64,000 bases of DNA from a virus (Duplodnaviria; Heunggongvirae; Uroviricota; Caudoviricetes), in the IMG/VR virus record IMGVR_UViG_3300044295_000306, one strand, 5' to 3'. This document shows positions 1-8,251 of the stretch, one piece after another. Both the position numbers and the translations under genes were made by a program. Within the stretch, counting starts at the first letter, position 1, and every line of letters starts with the position of its first letter. The notes under the pieces are model-generated. The model had not been told where the DNA came from. It did not search any database and saw only the letters and a program-made list of their open reading frames with translations.

Positions 1-487
1 AATCAATCAATTTAAGTACCTTTTCAAGACTAATTCTATTAAATACTGGACACATTATCTCAATGAAATTGGTATATGTATAGATAATGTCTTTTTTATT
101 ACGAGTTACTGGCCATTGTGATTCAGAACCTTCAGCTAAAGAAATCTGAAATGCTTTTAAATTCTTTTCTTTTGCAAACTCAAAAGACTTATTCATTGTC
201 TGATAGTCTAAGATAACATCATCATCATAAATACCGATATATTCCCATTCTGTAAGGTCGATCATCTTATTAAGTTTCTTCAAGATTGGCCATTTGAATC
301 CTTTAATCTTGTAAAATTTATCATATGTACCTTGTTCGGGTTCATATTCGCCATATTGTACAGCAAGAATATCATAATTTCTATCTTGATTAGCTTGGCG
401 CCAATGATTTTCTTTTGAAACATTATAATTATGTAAAAATCTTTCAATAGAAGAACCTACAGGAACAATAACTAGATTATTTCTCAT
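1..487 (-). CDS. DUF707-like putative glycosyltransferase (partial, runs off window start)
   Basis: Hand-translated, not in ORF track: MRNNLVIVPVG...YIGIYDDDVILD...NFIEIMCPVFNR; ATG overlaps the upstream TGA (ATGA); DDD and MCPVF motifs resemble DUF707. Confidence 0.55.
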   Translation of the reverse strand, partial: MRNNLVIVPVGSSIERFLHNYNVSKENHWRQANQDRNYDILAVQYGEYEPEQGTYDKFYKIKGFKWPILKKLNKMIDLTEWEYIGIYDDDVILDYQTMNKSFEFAKEKNLKAFQISLAEGSESQWPVTRNKKDIIYTYTNFIEIMCPVFNRISLEKVLKLID

Positions 488-1341
488 GAGTATTTCTCTT
501 CAATAATTTTCTTCCAAGATGGAATTCTATCATATTGATGAACTAATGTAAAGGGTTTTCCTTGACTGGTATAAACTATATTATCAGGATTAAGAATAGG
601 CATAGGTTCAATAATATCATTTAAACACTTTGATGTTAATCCTGTGGTGCCTAATTGGGCACACCAGCCATCTTCTGATGAAGATACTTTTGTGATAGAT
701 TTATATGGTTCACTATTAAGAAGAATATTCATGGCAGCTTGATCTGGGCCACCACCACCAGATATTTGACCTGGCATTCCAGAACAAATAAGATAGATAT
801 TCAACATCAAATCAGTTAATTCTTTTGCATGTCCTGAAATGGTACCGGCATTACATATGATTTTATCTTTCATTGAATTATATAATTCATTACCAAATGA
901 TTGAATCATATTATTTTGACCCCATTTCTCATTAACATAAGAAATGGATTCTGATCCTACATTGATTTTATGAGAACCAATATTCTGTTCTAACCATTCA
1001 GAAGGATTAGATTGAAAAATAACGTCTTTAACGTCAGTTGCAATTAGAAATCTAATATCTTCAGTTTCAATTATCTTTTTAATGAAATACCAAGTATGAA
1101 TAAATCTTTCTACAACAATAGAAAAATCTCTTGGAAATTCAAGTCTACCTTCAACATCATTTCTTTCAAAACCAATGACATTATAATTTCTTTTAGTTAA
1201 TTCATCACAAACACTATAATCTATATTGTAGCATATCATTATCTTATGACCAGAAAAACCTGATCTATCTAATGAATTAACCCAATATTTAATAGTATCA
1301 AAATTATAATTGGTTATACAACCAACGACCACATCTTTCAT
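484..1341 (-). CDS. GT-A fold glycosyltransferase-like protein
   Basis: ATDVKDVIFQSNP (DxxD), NAGTISG, DQAAMN, HQYDR motifs typical of phage GT-A proteins. Confidence 0.6.
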   Translation of the reverse strand: MKDVVVGCITNYNFDTIKYWVNSLDRSGFSGHKIMICYNIDYSVCDELTKRNYNVIGFERNDVEGRLEFPRDFSIVVERFIHTWYFIKKIIETEDIRFLIATDVKDVIFQSNPSEWLEQNIGSHKINVGSESISYVNEKWGQNNMIQSFGNELYNSMKDKIICNAGTISGHAKELTDLMLNIYLICSGMPGQISGGGGPDQAAMNILLNSEPYKSITKVSSSEDGWCAQLGTTGLTSKCLNDIIEPMPILNPDNIVYTSQGKPFTLVHQYDRIPSWKKIIEEKYS

Positions 1342-1359
1342 AACAACCTCACATGCGAA

Positions 1360-1527
1360 TTATTTATTTACTTGTTTTTTAATATCTTTGTATTTTTGTC
1401 CTGGTGTATCGCTTGCATATTTCTTTACTACTCCATCAGTTGCATCATTACCCGCACCTGATGGAGGCAATACATCTTTAGTTTGTATCTCTGTAATGTA
1501 TGATTTAAAGTTTTTTATTTTTTCCAT
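1360..1527 (-). CDS. 55-aa putative internal head protein with GxG...YxxDTPGQ motif
   Basis: Hand-translated MEKIKNFKSYITEIQTKDVLPPSGAGNDATDGVVKKYASDTPGQKYKDIKKQVNK; fills the gap between neighbours; FKSYITE resembles a gp21 cleavage leader. Confidence 0.65.
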   Translation of the reverse strand: MEKIKNFKSYITEIQTKDVLPPSGAGNDATDGVVKKYASDTPGQKYKDIKKQVNK

Positions 1528-2264
1528 GCTTTTACTTTCAATAGATTGGCGCGAGCAAATTCTTTTCTATTTACAAGCTTGGTTGGCTTACCTTCATGAT
1601 TCACAACAAATCCTTCAGGTTTTGATTTATTATGATCAATATGATGCTCATATCCACCTTCATGTTTCTCAAGATTCTTTACTAGCACGTTTTTTGCTTG
1701 TTGGAGATGATGATGCATCGATAGGAGATGATCATAATGTTCTTTATTCTTTTCAATATGTTTAGTATGTTCTCCAGCTTCGGCTTCTTTTGCTGATTTG
1801 CTTTTTTCAGACTTTAATTTTTCTGATGCTTTAGCGAATTTTTCTTTAATATGTTTCTTCAAACCTTCAGAAGTTGGCGCTTCATCTGTTCTTACTGTAT
1901 GATTAATATAAGTCTCTAGATGATTGCCTTCACCTTGATGGCGTGCTGTAGCAGGATACATTTTTTTACCATATGTATCGTGAATATGTTTAGCGGCTGC
2001 CATGTGTTTATGGAATTCTTTTTGATCATTATGTGTATAATCTATTTTACTTGTATCATGTTCGGCTGAATGATGATATACATCTGGATGATGTTTAAAT
2101 TCTGTCGCATGATCGGTATGAGGAGATGCTTTCATTGATTCAAGATCATTGCCGTGATATTGTTGATGAACAACAATGCCGACTTTAGCTTTTTTTATCT
2201 TCTCTGCTTGTGGCCCATGAGCAGTATAAGTGATTGTGTTTGGTGTAAAAGATACTTTACTCAT
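1515..2264 (-). CDS. DUF6267-like ligase-fold protein, C-terminal half
   Basis: Begins SKVSFTPNTITY, continuing the upstream ORF in another frame; has PEGFVV and PTKLVNR (nucleotidyltransferase motif IV/V-like). Confidence 0.6.
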   Translation of the reverse strand: MSKVSFTPNTITYTAHGPQAEKIKKAKVGIVVHQQYHGNDLESMKASPHTDHATEFKHHPDVYHHSAEHDTSKIDYTHNDQKEFHKHMAAAKHIHDTYGKKMYPATARHQGEGNHLETYINHTVRTDEAPTSEGLKKHIKEKFAKASEKLKSEKSKSAKEAEAGEHTKHIEKNKEHYDHLLSMHHHLQQAKNVLVKNLEKHEGGYEHHIDHNKSKPEGFVVNHEGKPTKLVNRKEFARANLLKVKAWKK

Positions 2265-2697
2265 GTTTCAGATCCTCATGGGAAAACATCATATCGCCTT
2301 GATAAACACCTTTTTTAGGTGTTACTTTAGGAAGATGTTTAAGTGCGTGTTTTAATTTATGAGCTAGACCCGGTGAATGACCGTGATTTGTCTCAATATC
2401 TTTTTCTGAATAATTAATCTTAGGATTCTTATTGAATGCAGATTTTGATGCAACAAAGAATTTACCTGTTTTTGGATGATGACCAAAAACTAAAGAAGGT
2501 GAGCCATCATACTTCATTGTAAGATTGCTATTCTTTTCTTTGTTTGCCATGTGTTCATGTGCTTGCATTAATGCGCCATATGCATGTTCAAATCCAGCAT
2601 GACCATGATGAAGTGGATGATCCTCTGCGTGAGGAATATGTTTTAGTTTACCGTCATCATCGGTAGCTTCTGTGAGATATGTTTTAAAGTTTAGCAT
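2257..2697 (-). CDS. DUF6267-like ligase-fold protein, N-terminal half
   Basis: MLNFKTYLTEA leader; KYDG (motif I KxDG), FFVASKS, YQGDMMF (motif III-like). Confidence 0.65.
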   Translation of the reverse strand: MLNFKTYLTEATDDDGKLKHIPHAEDHPLHHGHAGFEHAYGALMQAHEHMANKEKNSNLTMKYDGSPSLVFGHHPKTGKFFVASKSAFNKNPKINYSEKDIETNHGHSPGLAHKLKHALKHLPKVTPKKGVYQGDMMFSHEDLKHE

Positions 2698-2698
2698 T

Positions 2699-3436
2699 TT
2701 ACAACCTTATAATTACGCCCGTTGATGGAACTTTATCTGTTACAACTATTCTTCCTGCACTATCTCCTTTCGAAGGAGAAATACCATAAATTTTAGGTGT
2801 ACCGTCTTTGTCTTTAGCATCTGGATCAAATCGTTGATCTTCTCTTCTTGCCCTCAAACGAAAATACAATTTGTGTGTTTTAGCATAGTGTTCAGCTTCA
2901 ATTAAATTCCCATTTAATGACAAGATATTCTTTTTTTCATCATATCTGCCAACAACATTCATTGGACCTATGTACATAAAATCTATAGGTCCACCCATCA
3001 TTTCATTTCCTATAACAATCTTCATTTTGGATGATGAACTTATTTCACCAAAAACATCAGGAACCTTATCGCCTGTTTTTAATTTTTTCTTTTTTTGCAA
3101 TTCATTAAAAGCATTTCTCATGAATTTCTTTGCTATTCCAGGAACAGCCAATTCTAATCCCCTTAGACCTCCACCAGCTAATGAGGGAGCAGATTCTCCC
3201 TTTAAAGAACAATTGAATTGCTCTATTTTTCCATTCTTTTTATAATAAATTACAACATCAGTATAAGGCTCAGAACCACCAAGCTGTCTTCCTTTAAACT
3301 TTTCAGCATCAATAACAGCTTCAATAATTACATTACCAGCCTTCAATGTTATTGGATTCTTTTTGTTTTTTTGAACAGCATTTTTTATTTTTTCAATAAC
3401 ACCATTCTCTTGTCTTTCCGCACTGGTACCAGCCAT
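2699..3436 (-). CDS. Putative PD-(D/E)xK restriction-like nuclease
   Basis: E(RQE)...PYTDVVI...CSLKG spacing fits E...D...(S)xK nuclease motifs; own SD and late promoter. Confidence 0.45.
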   Translation of the reverse strand: MAGTSAERQENGVIEKIKNAVQKNKKNPITLKAGNVIIEAVIDAEKFKGRQLGGSEPYTDVVIYYKKNGKIEQFNCSLKGESAPSLAGGGLRGLELAVPGIAKKFMRNAFNELQKKKKLKTGDKVPDVFGEISSSSKMKIVIGNEMMGGPIDFMYIGPMNVVGRYDEKKNILSLNGNLIEAEHYAKTHKLYFRLRARREDQRFDPDAKDKDGTPKIYGISPSKGDSAGRIVVTDKVPSTGVIIRL

Positions 3437-3462
3437 TTTATTTCCTATAAGATATTATCTCA

Positions 3463-3470
3463 TATTTATA
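3463..3470 (-). promoter_or_regulatory. T4-type late promoter TATAAATA
   Basis: Exact TATAAATA on minus, 26 nt upstream of the 3436 ATG. Confidence 0.75.
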
Positions 3471-4863
3471 CTTTTATCTCTTTAAACTTTGACTCAGAAT
3501 ATCTTCTTTCCCTATTTCCAAACGTATTCAACGGTCTATCTTCCTGTCCAGAATCAGAAATATTTCTCTGGGCCGACTGATCCACATCATATAATCGCAT
3601 CTTACTCTTGTCCACACCAATCACGAATCTCTTGTTCTTGTTGGGATCAGTATATCTATTTTTCAACTGTTTTACCATTATCTGATTCATCTGCTCCAAT
3701 TCTTCCGTACTAATCAAAGCAAACATCATATCAGCAGTTGCCGGCAATCCAAACGATTCGGAAGTGTCTTCCAATCCGATGTCCGTACTGGAGAAGCCTT
3801 GTCTGTTAGTCTGGGTCGCACTAAAAATAGGTACCTCATTCTCAACAGCAAGTCCTCTCAATTCCTCAGCAATAGCCTTAATATAACTATATGAATTTAC
3901 ATTAGCTCCATGTTTCAACCTTGCAGAAGTACAAATATTCAAATAATCAACAAAAATGATATCAGGACTGAAGTTCCTTTTCAATCTCAATTCATTAATC
4001 AAACTCTTGAAATGTAATGTGGATGCTGATGCTGTTGGATATTCTTTAATAATAAGCTTACCATTAGTCTTATTTCTTAAAACATCTACCTTTCGATCAT
4101 AGTCTTTCTTTGGAATATTCATCAAATCATTGATATCTATATTCAAAAGATTAGCATCAATTCTTTCTGCGATTCGTTCTTCTGCCATTTCTAATGTAAT
4201 ATACAATACATTAAGACCAGCAGCAAGACAAGCCGATGCCATATGACACATTACTAATGACTTTCCAACTCCTGTGCCCGCCAAAATGATATTCAATGTC
4301 TTGATCGGCAATCCACCCTTTGTGATCTTATTGAAGAATTCAATATCAAATGGAATTCTCTTTTCAGACTTATGATAATATTCATAACGCGATTCAGCAT
4401 CACCAATATAATCATGTCCAACATGACTATCAAAAGTTACAGCCAATGCTCTGGATAATAATTCAGGAATACTACCTTTGACTTTTGTTCCAGTTTTATC
4501 ATCAAGTATAGATACAGATTCTAATACTGCATTATAGATCGCTTTATCCTGACAGAACTTTTCAGTTTGATCAATCAACCATTGACCATGATTAGTTTCT
4601 GTATCTTTCTTGATTTCATTTAGAATATCAAAGACATTCTTTATTTCATTTTCTCTATATGAATTGGATTGATTAATGTTAATAATCAGGGATTCATGAG
4701 TTGGTAATGTATTATATGTCTCAATGTATTTGGATATTTCTTGAAATAATACCTTTTCTGTCCTTTCGGTAAAATACTCGGGCTTTATAAATGGTATTAC
4801 TTTTCGTGTGTATTCATCATTATGAATCAAATTCTTCAATATCGTCAGTTCTAGACGGTGCAT
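3466..4863 (-). CDS. 41: Replicative DnaB-like helicase gp41
   Basis: Walker A AGTGVGKS, FVDYL, ATQTNR, ESFGLPATAD. Confidence 0.97.
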   Translation of the reverse strand: MHRLELTILKNLIHNDEYTRKVIPFIKPEYFTERTEKVLFQEISKYIETYNTLPTHESLIININQSNSYRENEIKNVFDILNEIKKDTETNHGQWLIDQTEKFCQDKAIYNAVLESVSILDDKTGTKVKGSIPELLSRALAVTFDSHVGHDYIGDAESRYEYYHKSEKRIPFDIEFFNKITKGGLPIKTLNIILAGTGVGKSLVMCHMASACLAAGLNVLYITLEMAEERIAERIDANLLNIDINDLMNIPKKDYDRKVDVLRNKTNGKLIIKEYPTASASTLHFKSLINELRLKRNFSPDIIFVDYLNICTSARLKHGANVNSYSYIKAIAEELRGLAVENEVPIFSATQTNRQGFSSTDIGLEDTSESFGLPATADMMFALISTEELEQMNQIMVKQLKNRYTDPNKNKRFVIGVDKSKMRLYDVDQSAQRNISDSGQEDRPLNTFGNRERRYSESKFKEIKV

Positions 4864-5179
4864 CTACTTCTCCAAGATTATTTTCGATGATTGAGACAAG
4901 AATATCTCCTAGCATTGTAAAGAAAACTTCATCAGAAGTCAACTCTTTTTGATCTTTTGATGCGTAATCAACTATAGTATATTCATACTTCAATCTGGGT
5001 TGTTCACCATTTAAATCAACACTTACTTTACCAAAATGAAAGATAATACCGGAATAATCTCCCGATATTATCTTCACTAAAGTTAGCTGATCATCTGGTG
5101 CATCAATGAAAACAAAATCTATGTTTTCTTTATACTCACGCTTCTTCGGTTTCTTCTTCAGTTTCGAGAATAGATCCAT
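4820..5179 (-). CDS. Hypothetical protein at the gp40 position (between uvsX and 41)
   Basis: SD GAGGT; synteny only; no recognisable gp40 sequence. Confidence 0.6.
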   Translation of the reverse strand: MDLFSKLKKKPKKREYKENIDFVFIDAPDDQLTLVKIISGDYSGIIFHFGKVSVDLNGEQPRLKYEYTIVDYASKDQKELTSDEVFFTMLGDILVSIIENNLGEVDAPSRTDDIEEFDS

Positions 5180-6182
5180 TAGCTACCTCATACTTTTGTT
5201 TAATATATTCCTTAAATTTATCACTTTCGAGAATCGAATTCCAGAAATTATAATTCTGCGTATCTGCTAGTCTAACTTTGGTTGTAATTTCACCGGTTTC
5301 AGGATTCACTTTACTATACCAACCGTTTGAAGGTTTTACAACAAATCCACCTTCTATAGCGGTATCAAGCAATCCGGAATATCTGTTAATACCACCATCA
5401 AATGATACTGTGATGGGAATCTTAGACTTTTCTTTAACATATCTAGACTTCTCAACATTAATGATAAAGTTATATCCAACAACCTCAGTACCTTCCTTTT
5501 CTTGTTGTCTACCAATAACGAAAATATTATCGGAGGAATAATAACTTCCGGTACCGCCGCCGACAATATCCTTAGGAAACATACCAATTTCTTTATAGGT
5601 ATGATTGACAACAACGAGAGGAATATCCTTGATCGAAAGATGTGGTGTAATCATTCTGAATAAACTCTTGATTTGCTTCGCGCGTGTCATATCAGCAACA
5701 GCTTTTTGTTCTAGTGCATCTTCAACTTCTTTCTTTGATGCAAGATTGCCTATCGAATCAATCACAATAAAAAGCTTTTCACCTCTTTCTAGGTTGTTTA
5801 GCTGATTGATAATATCAAACTTTAATTGTTCAATATCTGTCAATGGAGTATGTAAGACTCTTTCTCTATCAATACTGAAAGTATCAAAATAAGAAATGGG
5901 TGTTCCAAACTCTGAATCATAGAAAAGGAGTACAGAATCTTCATACTTGTCCAAATAAGCTTTTGCAAGTAATAGACTAAATGCTGTCTTAAAATGCTTT
6001 GATGGACCAGCAAACATTGTTACACCTGGTGTCAAACCACCTTCTAATGAACCTGATAATGCTACATTCATCATAGGCACATCCGTTTGAACCATGTCTT
6101 TTTCAGAAAAAAACTTGGATTTAGCTAGAATAGCACTATCTTTAATTGTACTATTTTTCTTTATTTTATCTAATAAACTCAT
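5136..6182 (-). CDS. uvsX: UvsX RecA-like recombinase
   Basis: GPSKHFKT Walker A, YDSEFG, DSIGNLASKKE, GGTGSYYS. Confidence 0.97.
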   Translation of the reverse strand: MSLLDKIKKNSTIKDSAILAKSKFFSEKDMVQTDVPMMNVALSGSLEGGLTPGVTMFAGPSKHFKTAFSLLLAKAYLDKYEDSVLLFYDSEFGTPISYFDTFSIDRERVLHTPLTDIEQLKFDIINQLNNLERGEKLFIVIDSIGNLASKKEVEDALEQKAVADMTRAKQIKSLFRMITPHLSIKDIPLVVVNHTYKEIGMFPKDIVGGGTGSYYSSDNIFVIGRQQEKEGTEVVGYNFIINVEKSRYVKEKSKIPITVSFDGGINRYSGLLDTAIEGGFVVKPSNGWYSKVNPETGEITTKVRLADTQNYNFWNSILESDKFKEYIKQKYEVANGSILETEEETEEA

Positions 6183-6191
6183 ATATAATCC

Positions 6192-7550
6192 TTATGTAAA
6201 AAATGCATCTAATGTACTTATCTTCTCTGTCTTCCAACCGATACATTCTAATATTATTCTTAAAGGCTCAACAAAAGACTTCTCAAACTGTGTATCATAA
6301 TCTATTACATTACTTAAGTCAAATTCTTTCGGTATTCTATTAACAAAAGAAATCACATCAGACTTAAATACATTAGGTTCTTTCAAATATATAAACTTGA
6401 TCTTTTCACCTTCAACAATCAATTCATATCTTTTTTCTAACTTCTTTTCCTTAATGAAATGATTGTATATCAATGAACCTCTAACATGAATGGGAGTACC
6501 TTTAGAATATATCTTTTTACTATCAGCATATTGTCCTAATCCATTCATACCTCGAGGAAATGCTATATCTTCAGGAGATAATTGCTTAAACTCGTTCCGA
6601 AAATCTTCTATAAATCTATGAAGATCGCCCTCACTTTTATTAATAATTATCTTTAGTGCGGTCTTGATCTTTTCTCGACATGCACTGGGAGTTGATGATT
6701 TCACAGCCTCTAGTCCCTGAATCTTTATAGATGGCTCTTTATAAGCTACACCTTCTGAATTATAAACATTCAAAATATATCTTTTCTTTGCAGTCCAAAT
6801 AGCCTTATCTGCTAATACTTCTCTTTTCATCTTCATCTTCTGATCATATGCATGAACATAATCAGCTAGATTTTGATAACTTTTATCAATAAATGGCTGT
6901 AATTTATCTTCACAAACACGATCCATAAAATCAATAATCTTGTTTGCCTCAGGCATCTTGTTGAATACACTCTTTACGATAGGACCAAGATGAAGATAGA
7001 TTGAATCTGTGTCTGAAGCAATCACATAATCTTTCTTATCAGTTTTCAATATATTATTCATGAATCGATTAATATCATTCTCAATCCAACGAATAGATAA
7101 CTGACCAGAAAGAGTAATGGCTAAAGCAAGTCTGATATCATAAAATCTAAAATATTGTGAGCCTAAAGCACCATAAGCTGAGTTAAGACTTACTTTCTTA
7201 GCCAATTGAAGATTTTTATATCTAGATATTCTATCGTTGATATCTCTTTTATTTTTTTCATCAGTTGCCGTCTGATACTCTTTCTGTGCTTCAATCATCT
7301 TTTTCTTATAAACAGTCCGATCATCATACATCTTCTCTAGAATTTGAGGTAAAAAACCTTTAAAGTTCCTATGAAAAAATTCACCATTTGGTGTTAAAGT
7401 TAAATTATATTTTTCTAAAATTTCTAAATTTACTTTTTTCTGTAGCATTACATCGACATTAACTTTACCGGATAATTCTAGTAAGTTATTAAGTTCAAAA
7501 ATTTCATTTTCAATATCTTCATTTGACATACTACTAATTTGTCTGAACAT
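6192..7550 (-). CDS. 43: DNA polymerase gp43, C-terminal fragment (43B)
   Basis: PolB motif B KVSLNSAYG, motif C ASDTDS, KKRY, GLEAVKSSTP; start moved to ATG 7550 behind SD AGGA. Confidence 0.95.
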   Translation of the reverse strand: MFRQISSMSNEDIENEIFELNNLLELSGKVNVDVMLQKKVNLEILEKYNLTLTPNGEFFHRNFKGFLPQILEKMYDDRTVYKKKMIEAQKEYQTATDEKNKRDINDRISRYKNLQLAKKVSLNSAYGALGSQYFRFYDIRLALAITLSGQLSIRWIENDINRFMNNILKTDKKDYVIASDTDSIYLHLGPIVKSVFNKMPEANKIIDFMDRVCEDKLQPFIDKSYQNLADYVHAYDQKMKMKREVLADKAIWTAKKRYILNVYNSEGVAYKEPSIKIQGLEAVKSSTPSACREKIKTALKIIINKSEGDLHRFIEDFRNEFKQLSPEDIAFPRGMNGLGQYADSKKIYSKGTPIHVRGSLIYNHFIKEKKLEKRYELIVEGEKIKFIYLKEPNVFKSDVISFVNRIPKEFDLSNVIDYDTQFEKSFVEPLRIILECIGWKTEKISTLDAFFT

Positions 7551-8220
7551 TTTTATTCCTAAAATAACAATCACGAGAACAATATATTCTTTTCTTTACA
7601 GAGTTTGGCGTTATTATCAAATTATTACATACGACACAGAAAAATTTATTTTTCTCAGGGTATGCTAATTTTTTTGGCTTCTTAATACCAAAATACTCCA
7701 GTCTTTTTTTCACCAGGGATTCACTTATAGAATATTTTTTCGCAATCTCTTTCCTTTTCATATTTTTTTCTATAAAATCATTATATAATTCATCATAACT
7801 AGGATCATACAATCTCTTATTTTTCCAAAAATTTTTATGATTTTCATATCTCAAATTATTCCATGGTTTAGGTATTCCCTTCAAAGAACCCCCTTTTGTA
7901 TCTGAGATATTAAACAATTTTCCTTTTTCTTCAGAAAATCTTCTTCCATATTCTTTTATTAATCTAGTTTCTATATCATATGCTTCACTTTCAGATAAAT
8001 TCTCATACATTCTCTTAATAATCGGCGGCTTATTTTTATTCATCAATGAACGTATTTTATAATATAGAAAAGGATTTACAGTTTCTTTAGGATTTTTCCA
8101 TAAAGACGGCTTTAAATGTGAACTATCTCTGTATCCTGAACCTTTTCCGACATAGAAAATTTCTTTAGTATCTTGATCAATTAATGCATATACATAAAAA
8201 ACATTTAATTCTGTATCCAT
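7534..8220 (-). mobile_element. Free-standing GIY-YIG (LEM-3-like) homing endonuclease with HTH and Cys4 zinc finger
   Basis: FYVYAL...FYVGKG...R..H N-terminus, E and N catalytic positions, KEIAKKYSISESLVKKRL HTH, CVVC...CSRDC; lies between the gp43 halves. Confidence 0.85.
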
Positions 8221-8251
8221 AGATGTGTCTCCTTAGACACATCTATTTATA
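8219..8251 (-). promoter_or_regulatory. RBS-sequestering hairpin plus overlapping late promoter for the endonuclease
   Basis: Minus strand TATAAATAGATGTGTCT-AAGG-AGACACATCTATG: perfect 12-bp stem 8219-8246 covering SD AAGGAG and the AT of ATG; TATAAATA at 8244-8251. Confidence 0.85.

Noticed and set aside
4820-5179. Calling this ORF gp40
   Set aside because: Position fits, but I cannot recognise gp40 sequence features, so no symbol was given.
7534-8242. Group I intron or intein explaining the gp43 interruption
   Set aside because: The interval is almost entirely the endonuclease ORF; no P7/R/S-like motifs were seen; no intein C/S...HN ends; both halves have their own start or stop signals. 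Reading through the 43A TAG hits TGA about 22 codons later.
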